Below, piece by piece: positions 37,601-46,145 of a stretch of 50,692 bases of DNA. The notes under the pieces were generated by a model. It had not been told where the DNA came from. It ran no database searches and saw nothing but the letters and a program-made list of their open reading frames with translations. The translations under genes and the position numbers were made by a program. The DNA comes from Rubricoccaceae bacterium (GTDB lineage: Bacteria; Actinomycetota; Actinomycetes; S36-B12). Location of the stretch: positions 1-50,692 of the forward strand of contig JBEIHR010000003.1 in NCBI GenBank assembly GCA_040381195.1. Reading direction: 5' to 3'. Each line of letters opens with the position of its first letter. Positions within the stretch are counted from its first letter, which is position 1.

Positions 37601-38839
37601 TCACGATAGCGAAGCCTCCGCGGACGATGGAGACCTCGCACTGAGTCGCGCATCGCTGCTGAGGACGATCCAGACCAGTGTCACGAGGTAGATCGACCAA
37701 TAGCCCCAGCCGTGAATGGTTTCGGTCAATCCAGCGGCGATCACGTACACGCCAAGTGCGAGTGGCAGCGGTGCGCCCAGCCTGAGACTCCGTCCCCCTG
37801 CCCAGAGGGTGAGGGCGAAGATGACCACGATGAGTACACCCATGACGACTCCGTACCGCAGGATTCCGTCGAAGAGCACGCTGTGGCCGTGGGTGTGGGG
37901 AACGAAGCCCGGAGTTCCTGTGCGCTCACCGACGAAGGCGAGGATGCCGGACTCGCCGACTCCGAAGATCGGACCCGTGGGAACCAGGACCAGGAAGTCA
38001 CTCCAGATCCGGGTCCGACCGTTGAGTGTCGGATCCAGGAATGCGATGTACCCGATGAGGAGGCCTGCCGCGGTGACGATGATTCCGATCCGAAGTGCCC
38101 GGTGCCACGAGAGTCGGGAAACCCAGGGTGATGACAGGACGAGTACCACGAGTGCGGCGGCGACTGCCACGACGGCCGACCTACCAGCGCCGAGGGCAAG
38201 CATAATCAGGCCACCGGCAACGAGGATGACGCGATTCCAGCCGCGCAGTCCCATCCCGATTACCACGACGAGCCCGCCCGCGGGTGATGCGTAATTCACG
38301 CTCCCGAACGGCCCGCCCCATCTGTTCGTCACTCCCAACCATTCGAGGAGAGCCACGCGCTGGTCACCCGCGTCAGTGACCTCGAAGCCGTCGGGCATCG
38401 CACCGATCGCACCCAGGACCAGGGAGAGGACGGATATGACGAGCAGGGAGTACGCGAGGACTACGAGTCCCAGATAGAGATCTGAGCGTGGAACCGCTTT
38501 GAGGGCGATCAGGATGAGTGCCACGGGAACTACGAACGCCGTGAGATTGAAGAGTGATTGATCGAGTTGCGTGCGCGTAACCTGGTAGATCCAGCTGATG
38601 GTGAGGATCACCAGGAAGATCACGGTGACTCGCGTCCACGCGAATGTCGGCCGATAGAACAGCCAGAGAACCACCGCGATCCCCGTCAACAGGATCGCAC
38701 CGAGAGTTCCAAGATCCTGACCCTTGTATATAGCGGCATTCGGGTTCAGCGCATGACCAAAGATCGTCACTGCTGGAATCAGGAACAACGCTGGTACATA
38801 CAGTGCACGTGTCATCTGCTTCCACGCTGACAGCGTCAC
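37601..38839 (-). CDS. O-antigen ligase/Wzy-like membrane protein
   Basis: RWGGPFGSVN, GRSA, TLNGRTRIW, PIFGVG, HGHS...RYG; about 11 TM helices. Start trimmed to GTG 38839. Confidence 0.8.
   Translation of the reverse strand: MTLSAWKQMTRALYVPALFLIPAVTIFGHALNPNAAIYKGQDLGTLGAILLTGIAVVLWLFYRPTFAWTRVTVIFLVILTISWIYQVTRTQLDQSLFNLTAFVVPVALILIALKAVPRSDLYLGLVVLAYSLLVISVLSLVLGAIGAMPDGFEVTDAGDQRVALLEWLGVTNRWGGPFGSVNYASPAGGLVVVIGMGLRGWNRVILVAGGLIMLALGAGRSAVVAVAAALVVLVLSSPWVSRLSWHRALRIGIIVTAAGLLIGYIAFLDPTLNGRTRIWSDFLVLVPTGPIFGVGESGILAFVGERTGTPGFVPHTHGHSVLFDGILRYGVVMGVLIVVIFALTLWAGGRSLRLGAPLPLALGVYVIAAGLTETIHGWGYWSIYLVTLVWIVLSSDARLSARSPSSAEASLS
37603..37608 (-). promoter_or_regulatory. Putative -10 element TATCGT, leaderless start at 37596
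   Basis: TANNNT 6 nt before GTG, inside the last codons of the upstream gene. Confidence 0.5.
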
Positions 38840-38845
38840 CCCACC

Positions 38846-38852
38846 TACGATA
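38846..38852. promoter_or_regulatory. Bidirectional -10 heptamer TACGATA
   Basis: Reads TACGAT (+) and TATCGT (-), each 7 nt from a GTG start (38859 and 38839). Confidence 0.65.
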
Positions 38853-38858
38853 ATCCTC

Positions 38859-39653
38859 GTGGAGGAGTCCAGCGACGCACGCGACGTTCTCCTCGTGATT
38901 CCCACCCTTGGTGCCCGGGTGGAATTCCTCCGCGAAACCTTCGAATCCATACGCGTCCAGGACGTCGATGTCGACGTGGTGCTCGTGACTCCTGTCAGCG
39001 CTCGTGCGGCTCGTGATGTTGCCGCGGCGGCCGGCGCGCGGATCGTCGATGATCCGGGTGGTCTTGCGGCAGCCATAAATCTCGGAGTCGAAAGCGGACT
39101 ACGGGGGCACACCTTCGTGACCTGGCTCAACGATGATGACCTTCTGGAACCAGGCTCCCTGCGGAGCACCATCGACGTTCTCCGTCGCCGCCCCGACGCC
39201 GTCGTGGCATACGGGCACTGTCGGTATATCGACGACCGCGGACACGAGCTGTGGGTGAGCAAAGCAGGTGCATGGGCACCCCGCGTGCTCGCCTGGGGAC
39301 CTGACCTCGTCCCCCAGCCGGGAATGCTTATCCGTGCGGCGGCATGGCGTGAGGTCGGGGGATTGGACCCTGGGTACAAGCTCGCATTCGACCTCGATCT
39401 GCTCCTCCGGCTGAGGCGTCTTGGTTCACTCGCGAGTACCGGAACGATCGTCTCGAGTTTCCGTTGGCATCCTGAATCACTCACCGTGGATGGACGTGAA
39501 ACCAACATCGCTGAGTCAGAGCGGGCCAAGCGCGCGGCACTCGGGCCCGTGACTCGTGCACTGTCGTGGCTGTGGGAGGCACCTGTGCGCGTAGCGACAC
39601 GTATCGCCGCCTCCGAAGTCAATCGACGAGCATCACGTCGTTCCGCACAGTGA
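38859..39653 (+). CDS. GT2 family glycosyltransferase
   Basis: VIPTLG, AINLG, WLNDDD, PQPG, GGLD..AFDLDL, FRWH. Confidence 0.88.
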   Translation: MEESSDARDVLLVIPTLGARVEFLRETFESIRVQDVDVDVVLVTPVSARAARDVAAAAGARIVDDPGGLAAAINLGVESGLRGHTFVTWLNDDDLLEPGSLRSTIDVLRRRPDAVVAYGHCRYIDDRGHELWVSKAGAWAPRVLAWGPDLVPQPGMLIRAAAWREVGGLDPGYKLAFDLDLLLRLRRLGSLASTGTIVSSFRWHPESLTVDGRETNIAESERAKRAALGPVTRALSWLWEAPVRVATRIAASEVNRRASRRSAQ

Positions 39654-42524
39654 CGCGCTCATCGCCAGGATGATCGCATCTGGACTGGTCCACACTGGTG
39701 TCGCAAAGGGTTCCCAGGAATCCACCGGGGTGCGTTCCGGGTCGACCCAGATCCAGTCCACACCCGCCGCGCATAAGGGGGCGAACGAGTCCTCAGACGG
39801 CGCGTCGATGAAGAGCCACGCATCGGCCTCGCGACTCAGCGCGAGGGCCACATCCTCTGCTCGCCCGTACGGAGTCTGGAGTCGTAGGTCCGACGCGAAG
39901 GTCGGGAGCCGCGTGAGTGCGGGGACCAGCGCCGAGCGCGTCGTGTTGGTCGCGACGAGATCATCAGGTCTGGAGTTTGCTCGCAGCCACGCACCGGCAG
40001 CCGCCTGTTGGTCAGTCCACCCCGGCGTTCTGTTCTGATCGATGAGCGTGACAAAGTCATCCTGTGTCGTGAACAGCACAGGAGACCAGATCCCGCCGGT
40101 GGCCCGGGAGAATGGCTCTGCGATGGCGTAGATCGCTCGTGAGGGGAGGGCCATCACGACGAGGGCGATGATCGTGAATGCCAGAGCCGAGCGAGCTGAC
40201 CACGCACGCCCGGGTAGGGCGGCGCACACACCGATGATAAGACCTAGGCCGAGGCCGATGATGGGTCCTGCCCAACGCCATCCGTCACCGATCACTCCGG
40301 TGGAACCGGTTGCCCACACGCCCGCAACCACCACTGCAGCCGTGAGTGCGAGGACAACGACGAGGATGACGCGGGTGCGCTGTTCCGGCCCGAGCCACGC
40401 CACCGCCTGCGCAATGCCGACAGCAGACAACACAGCGAGTGGCGCCGAGGCTGCGACCGCGAACCACAGGTCGTTGAAGCCGCCACTGAGGATGGCGATA
40501 GATCCGACACCGACGAGCACGAGACCGACCGCATAGGCGGTGGTCACCGATCGGCGGGTGGTCCTGTCCGTTCCGAACCAGACGACACCCGCCCACCGTG
40601 GAAGTGCAGCGATGATGAGTAAGAGAATTCCCGCTGCGATACCGCGAGGTGTCACAACGGGATTGAGACCCTGCACACTCGACGCGCGGTCGAGCAGAGT
40701 GAACACTTCAAGCCCGCCCGCATTGGCGGAACCGGCGAGTAGCCAGAAGTAGGCGACCATGGAGCCGCCGAGGAGTGGAACGCCGACCCCGAGTGCGCGG
40801 CGCCACCAGGGTGCACGACCAATGAGCCCGATGGTCACCACGAGTCCCCATGCCCCGACCACGACGGCCGCGGAGCTCACCTTCCCGCCCGTCACGACGA
40901 GGCCGAGGACGAAGGCACTTACCGCCTGCGGGATCCAGGTGCCGGAGGTCGTGGCTTGGAGGAGGAGCACGGAGAGCACGAGAACCCAGAGGGTCGTCAT
41001 CGTCTGGCTAGGTGAGTCGAAATTGAACACGCCGCCAAACGTCGTGCCCACGAAGCCACCTACGACGAGGAGAACGCCGGCGAAGGCGGGGGCCCAGGAG
41101 ACTCGCGTCACGTGGCGGGTCCACGAACAGCCCACAGCCACGATGCCGATCAAGGTGACGATGGGCAGGAGCCGTACCAGTACGACGAAGGGGGCGGCAT
41201 CCGTGCTGAGCGTCAATTGTCCCGCCCAGCCGTAGACCAGGACGTGGTAGCGCAGCCCCGCCCCCTCGAGGAAGATGCTTTGCCCGACCCCGAGGGTGGC
41301 GACGGAGGCGCCGACCGCCTCGAAGAACGGCATGTCCCCGTGGTAGCCCTCCCAGCGACCGACCCACGCCAGGGGATAGGCCCGGAATGACACCAGGAGG
41401 GTCCCTACGCCCACGAGGACGCCTGCGAGCAGGCCGAGGAGCTCGGGGCGCCCGAGCGGAGCCAGGGGGGCCGTAGGGACCCGCAGCCACATCCGCCGGC
41501 CATACCAGGCGGCAAGAGCCAGCGCTGAGGCCAGCCACCACGGGGCGATAAGCCCCACGAGGAGGGAGCCTGCGGTTCCCAGGCCGATGCCCATGCCGAT
41601 CGCCTCGAGGATGGGCACGGAGCGTCCGGGCCGGAGGAGTCGCCACCACAGCGCCCCCCCGAGAGCCTGGACCGTGACCGACAGGGTCAACCCGACCGCG
41701 GTGGCCCACGCCACGCCGGTCAGCCCCAGCAGCACGAGGGTGCCGGCGGCAAGGCCCACCGTCAGGGGCCAGGGCGATCGGTGGACGGCGGTGACGGCCA
41801 CCTGCCGCAGGGTGGCTATCCGCTCACGGCGCGCTGTGTCGCCGTGGAGATCGAGGATCTCCCTGCGTGCACGATGGAACTCGCGCAGGGCACGTGCCCA
41901 GCGAGTCGTGGATAACCCGCCGCGGTGGAATCGGGCGAGTGGCGTGGCGATGGTTGCCGGCGCTCCCCGTTGGGTCAACGTGAGGAATGCGGCGTAATCC
42001 GCGGCAACCTGGTACGTCTCGTCGAAGCCGCCCACCGAGCGCAGCGTCTCCGTCAACACCACCGTGCCTTGATGCGCGGGAAAGTGTCCGCGCGCGAACG
42101 CATACTCTCGTTCTGTCTCGTAGTCCCATGCTGGTGTTACCACGCTGTCATCGTGGCTGTCCGTGATCTCCACGGGCGCGTGCGCCCACTCGAAGGAATT
42201 CCTATCGAGGGCGCGCATCACGGTGGAGACACTTCCTTCGATCATCTCGTCTCCCGCGTTCAGGAAGTAGACGTAGTCGCCGGTCGCATGGCGAAGGCCC
42301 TCGTTCATTGCCGAGTAGATCCCACGAGGCTTGGCCCAGATGACTGTGCCGGTGATCGTGGATGACGTCAGCAGCTGCGGGATTACTTGGCGATCGTTGG
42401 AACCATCGACGATGATGTATTCCACGTCGGTAAGATCCTGCTTGGCAAGCGATGTGAGAGTGCGCGTCATGCCGGAGGGGTCGTTCATGACGACTGTGAT
42501 GATGGTCAAACGCGGAGTCGTCAT
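39633..42524 (-). CDS. GT2 (WcaE-like) domain fused to a large polytopic GT-C-like membrane domain
   Basis: IITVVMND, GIYSAMNEG, FLNAGD, HQG, ADY in the N-terminal ~260 aa; then many TM helices, YHGDMPFFE, RYH, and C-terminal WLRANSRPDDLVATN...GVDWIWVD. Confidence 0.8.
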   Translation of the reverse strand: MTTPRLTIITVVMNDPSGMTRTLTSLAKQDLTDVEYIIVDGSNDRQVIPQLLTSSTITGTVIWAKPRGIYSAMNEGLRHATGDYVYFLNAGDEMIEGSVSTVMRALDRNSFEWAHAPVEITDSHDDSVVTPAWDYETEREYAFARGHFPAHQGTVVLTETLRSVGGFDETYQVAADYAAFLTLTQRGAPATIATPLARFHRGGLSTTRWARALREFHRARREILDLHGDTARRERIATLRQVAVTAVHRSPWPLTVGLAAGTLVLLGLTGVAWATAVGLTLSVTVQALGGALWWRLLRPGRSVPILEAIGMGIGLGTAGSLLVGLIAPWWLASALALAAWYGRRMWLRVPTAPLAPLGRPELLGLLAGVLVGVGTLLVSFRAYPLAWVGRWEGYHGDMPFFEAVGASVATLGVGQSIFLEGAGLRYHVLVYGWAGQLTLSTDAAPFVVLVRLLPIVTLIGIVAVGCSWTRHVTRVSWAPAFAGVLLVVGGFVGTTFGGVFNFDSPSQTMTTLWVLVLSVLLLQATTSGTWIPQAVSAFVLGLVVTGGKVSSAAVVVGAWGLVVTIGLIGRAPWWRRALGVGVPLLGGSMVAYFWLLAGSANAGGLEVFTLLDRASSVQGLNPVVTPRGIAAGILLLIIAALPRWAGVVWFGTDRTTRRSVTTAYAVGLVLVGVGSIAILSGGFNDLWFAVAASAPLAVLSAVGIAQAVAWLGPEQRTRVILVVVLALTAAVVVAGVWATGSTGVIGDGWRWAGPIIGLGLGLIIGVCAALPGRAWSARSALAFTIIALVVMALPSRAIYAIAEPFSRATGGIWSPVLFTTQDDFVTLIDQNRTPGWTDQQAAAGAWLRANSRPDDLVATNTTRSALVPALTRLPTFASDLRLQTPYGRAEDVALALSREADAWLFIDAPSEDSFAPLCAAGVDWIWVDPERTPVDSWEPFATPVWTSPDAIILAMSASLCGTT

Positions 42525-42578
42525 GCGGTTACTGCACCCTGCGCATAGATATCGGCGGACGGGCATGCCATGGCGACA

Positions 42579-43358
42579 TCACCCGTGCGTGTCGGTCTTG
42601 ATGAAGATCCGACCCGAGTAGTCGATCGGGTGCATGAAGGGTCGAATGCCACGTGATGAGAAGTATTCATCGACAGCTGATCGTGCCCCGCGCCAGTGTC
42701 CGTAGTCGTCCAGGATGCATACTCCGCCCACAACGAGCCTCGGGTAGAGCACGTCCAGACAGGTGCGAGTGGATTCGTACCAATCCGTGTCCAGTCGCAG
42801 CAGGCTGACTGTGGTGGGGGCCTCACGGTGCACGGTTTCGGCCACATCTCCCTCGACGAGGGTGAAGTGGTCGAACGGATAACCGGTGCTTCGCAGGTTC
42901 GATTCGACGTCGGAGCGGTCGGCAACACACCACACGTTTCTGCCGTCTGCGATGGGAGTAGTTGCAAGCATCTCGTGGGCTGTGACTCCGGTACTGGCCT
43001 CAATGTCTTGGGCAGTCGGTGGAGTCATGCCCGCGAACGTGTCATAGAGCCAGATGCGGCGATTCCGCACCCCCATGTCCAGCGTCTGGCGCGCCATGCC
43101 CATAACGCTTCCGCCCCGCCACACCCCGCACTCGACGAAGTCTCCGGGGATTCGCTCGTCGATGATGTAGCGCACGGCGTTGATCAGCGACCACAGGCGC
43201 TCACCTGACGTCATCGTGTAGGGGGCCAGCGACGCGATGAGAGCTTTCTCTTCATCCGTAGCCTCCACCGGGAGGCGGGAACTGGGGGATGAAATCCGCG
43301 AGACCTGGAGCCCGAATCGGCGCACGGTTCGATCAATCCACGCCTCGTATCGCTTCAC
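42579..43358 (-). CDS. TylF/MycF/NovP family O-methyltransferase
   Basis: GDFVECGVWRGGS, YDTFAG, LRLDTDWYEST, ILDDYG; GTGA coupling to the upstream gene. Confidence 0.93.
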   Translation of the reverse strand: MKRYEAWIDRTVRRFGLQVSRISSPSSRLPVEATDEEKALIASLAPYTMTSGERLWSLINAVRYIIDERIPGDFVECGVWRGGSVMGMARQTLDMGVRNRRIWLYDTFAGMTPPTAQDIEASTGVTAHEMLATTPIADGRNVWCVADRSDVESNLRSTGYPFDHFTLVEGDVAETVHREAPTTVSLLRLDTDWYESTRTCLDVLYPRLVVGGVCILDDYGHWRGARSAVDEYFSSRGIRPFMHPIDYSGRIFIKTDTHG

Positions 43359-44197
43359 CCGGGAAGTATCCCAGTCGGCTGCATCGACATCTGGATGATC
43401 GGCGCGGGTTCGACGAACAGGCAGGTGGGTGGCAATCCACCCTTCGTGGAGTCGAGATCCATCAGGATGCGATTGAACTTCCAGTCGATGGGGACGACCG
43501 GTGTGAGTGGGAGTTCGTTCCATGCGTCCAGGAGTGTGCTCACGAAAGTGCGCGAGTACAGGATGGCGCAGACCGTGTTCGTCACGGGACGTTCCGCGGA
43601 TAGCACACGGCGGGGAACGGACCCCCGCCATGTGATCGATGATGGTGTCAGGAGTCCTTCGATCCGGAGCTCGGAGAGTGGGAAGGACTCGGAGAGATTG
43701 ACGAAGCCGGTCGAGGCGGTGGCTGTGAGTCCGATCAATCCGGCTGCTAGATCAGTCACGTCATGACAGTGCGCATCGTCCTCCAGGATGAGAATCCAGG
43801 GAGCGTCGGATGCGAGACCCCGGCGCATCAAGTCGAGATGAGACAGTTCGATGTTCAGGAGACGTCGCATGCCCGCGTCGTCCGGGCGGAGTACGCCCCG
43901 CATGGCCCGGCGTGCCCAGCGAAGTCCGTGTCCCATCCACCAGCGGGTTGTGCGGGGGATTCCGAGATACCTCGCCCACGCGCGTTCGAGGACCAGTTCA
44001 TCGGTGAGGGACTTCCGTATCACGTCCGGTGATAGTTCGACGTCAGTCGTGACGAGGAGATCATCGGTATTGACGTGCACGGTGCTGTCCGGGATCGCCG
44101 TGGCAAGACGTGCAGCGATCCCATGCTCACCCTGACTCTGCGCATAACGCGAACCGCGATGGCTGACCACACCGATGAAAAGGGTGGTTGCCGGCAT
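43355..44197 (-). CDS. GT25-like glycosyltransferase
   Basis: LSHLDL, ILILEDDA, CAILYS, PIDW. Confidence 0.7.
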   Translation of the reverse strand: MPATTLFIGVVSHRGSRYAQSQGEHGIAARLATAIPDSTVHVNTDDLLVTTDVELSPDVIRKSLTDELVLERAWARYLGIPRTTRWWMGHGLRWARRAMRGVLRPDDAGMRRLLNIELSHLDLMRRGLASDAPWILILEDDAHCHDVTDLAAGLIGLTATASTGFVNLSESFPLSELRIEGLLTPSSITWRGSVPRRVLSAERPVTNTVCAILYSRTFVSTLLDAWNELPLTPVVPIDWKFNRILMDLDSTKGGLPPTCLFVEPAPIIQMSMQPTGILPG

Positions 44198-44203
44198 AGA
44201 AAG

Positions 44204-44210
44204 TAGGCTA
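44204..44210. promoter_or_regulatory. Bidirectional -10 heptamer TAGGCTA
   Basis: Reads TAGGCT (+) and TAGCCT (-), each 7 nt from a start codon (GTG 44217, ATG 44197). Confidence 0.65.
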
Positions 44211-44216
44211 ATGGGC

Positions 44217-46145
44217 GTGGCGGATCCGAACCTTCAGACAACGGAACCGGACACACCGCACCGCGGCCTCAACGTCGAGGACTTCCAGCGGACCAGTTTG
44301 TGGTGGTCCATCAAGAAGGCCATCAGCCTGATTCCTCCGGCCAAGCGGCGCCTGCTTTATCTTGCGGTGACCGTGCAGGTTTCACTGGCCGTTCTCGACC
44401 TGATCGGTATCGCACTCATCGGCCTGGTGGCTTCGGTCGCGGTCTCGGGTATCGGTGTGAACTCGGTTCCGCCGGCGGCCGAACGACTTATCGACGCGGT
44501 CGGACTCGGGAGTTTGACCATCTCGCAACTCAGTGTCGTCCTCGCCTTGACCGCTGTCAGCGTTCTCGTTGCCAAGACGGTTGCCGCGGCATTCATGAGT
44601 CGATGGATCACCAGGTTCCTTGCTGCGCGGCAGGCCGAGGTGTCGACGCGCCTTGCGCGCGGCTTCCTCGCTCTCCCGATGACCGACGTTCTTCGGTGGA
44701 CCACCTCGGAGGCCATCTATGCGCTGGGTGCGGGAGTGTCTGCTGCCACCACTTCGCTGTTGAGTTCTGCGGCGACGATCGCTGCGGAAGTCTTCCTCTT
44801 CGCCCTTGTCGGGATATCTCTTTTCATCTTCGATCCGCTGCTCACCGTTTCTGCCCTGGCTTTCTTCGCGATCATCATCTTCGTTCTCCAGCGGGTACTG
44901 AGCCGGTGGACGGCGCGCAATGCCCAGACCATGAAGGACGCATCGATTGACACGCTTACCGCCGTGAACGAAGCCCTGCTCACGTATCGGGAAACAACGG
45001 TCCTGAATCGCCGTGAGCTGTACGTGGATCGTTACGCGTCGCTAGTTGGCAGGTATGCCGTTGCCGGGGCCTCCAACTCCTACATCCTCGAGGTACCGAA
45101 GTACGTGCTCGAGGCATCGCTCTACGTAGGAATCCTTTTCCTGGGTGTCGTCCAATTCCTGACGAAGGACTGGGCTGCCGCGGCGGCGACGGTCGCGATC
45201 TTCCTTGCGGCGAGCTCGCGCATCACGCCGGGGATCCTGCGTCTTCAGGGCGCCACGATCAATATCCGGAGTGCCGGAGTCGCTGCGCAGCCCACGTTCT
45301 TCATGTCCGACTACTTGGCTGAGCGCCATGATGACGACCCGGACAGCGCAATGACCCGAGGAATGACGGCGGAGCGGATCCACCAGAAGCTCATCGAGGG
45401 TTACCCCGATTTCGATGCCACGGTGCATGTGCGCGATGTGTCCTACACCTACCGTGACGCAGGTGAGCCTGCGCTCCTGGGTGTGTCGGTGCAGGTGCTG
45501 CCCGGCCGGTCAGCCGCATTCGTCGGGTCCACCGGTGCCGGCAAGTCGACCCTTACCGACATCGTCCTCGGAGTCCTCGAACCTGACACCGGTGACGTGA
45601 CCATCGGGGGAATGCACCCTCGGGACGCGATCCATCGCTGGCCGGGTGCGATCGCCTATGTCCCCCAGGCGGTGGCACTCGTCGGGGGTTCCGTGCGGGA
45701 GAACGTCGCCCTCGGGATGCCCCGTGATCTCATCGACGACGATCTGGTGTGGGAGGCCCTCCGGCGCGCGCACCTCGCCGAATTCCTGATCGAGAACCGC
45801 GAGGGCCTGGATACCTCGGTGGGTGAACGCGGATTCCGGCTGAGCGGCGGGCAGCGTCAGCGCCTCGGCATTGCCCGTGCCCTCTACACACGTCCGAGAC
45901 TCCTCGTCCTTGACGAGGCGACCAGCGCCCTCGATGCCGAGACCGAACAGGCGATTGTCGCGACCCTCGCCGAACTCGAGGGGGAGGTCACCACGATCAC
46001 GGTCGCGCACCGACTTGCCACAGTACGCAATTGCGACGAGTTGATCTTCCTGCAGAACGGCATCGTGGTGGGGCGCGGCACCTTCGACGAGGTGCGGGAA
46101 CAGGCGGAGGAATTCGATCGCCAGGCCGCCCTCCTGGGACTGTGA
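44217..46145 (+). CDS. ABC exporter, fused TMD-NBD (PglK/MsbA/HetA-like flippase)
   Basis: Six-TM N-terminal half; GSTGAGKST, YVPQ, LSGGQRQR, LDEATSALD, VAHRL. Alternative start ATG 44211. Confidence 0.9.
   Translation: MADPNLQTTEPDTPHRGLNVEDFQRTSLWWSIKKAISLIPPAKRRLLYLAVTVQVSLAVLDLIGIALIGLVASVAVSGIGVNSVPPAAERLIDAVGLGSLTISQLSVVLALTAVSVLVAKTVAAAFMSRWITRFLAARQAEVSTRLARGFLALPMTDVLRWTTSEAIYALGAGVSAATTSLLSSAATIAAEVFLFALVGISLFIFDPLLTVSALAFFAIIIFVLQRVLSRWTARNAQTMKDASIDTLTAVNEALLTYRETTVLNRRELYVDRYASLVGRYAVAGASNSYILEVPKYVLEASLYVGILFLGVVQFLTKDWAAAAATVAIFLAASSRITPGILRLQGATINIRSAGVAAQPTFFMSDYLAERHDDDPDSAMTRGMTAERIHQKLIEGYPDFDATVHVRDVSYTYRDAGEPALLGVSVQVLPGRSAAFVGSTGAGKSTLTDIVLGVLEPDTGDVTIGGMHPRDAIHRWPGAIAYVPQAVALVGGSVRENVALGMPRDLIDDDLVWEALRRAHLAEFLIENREGLDTSVGERGFRLSGGQRQRLGIARALYTRPRLLVLDEATSALDAETEQAIVATLAELEGEVTTITVAHRLATVRNCDELIFLQNGIVVGRGTFDEVREQAEEFDRQAALLGL

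Noticed and set aside
38840-39622. N-terminal extension of the 673-aa ORF suggesting a fusion
   Set aside because: Shadow frame of the GT2 at 38859-39653; Arg/Ser-rich with no motifs
42521-42578. Short frame MACPSADIYAQGAVTA coupled to the GT2 fusion start, possible frameshifted TylF tail
   Set aside because: TylF already ends normally (RIFIKTDTHG); no support for a peptide or a frameshift
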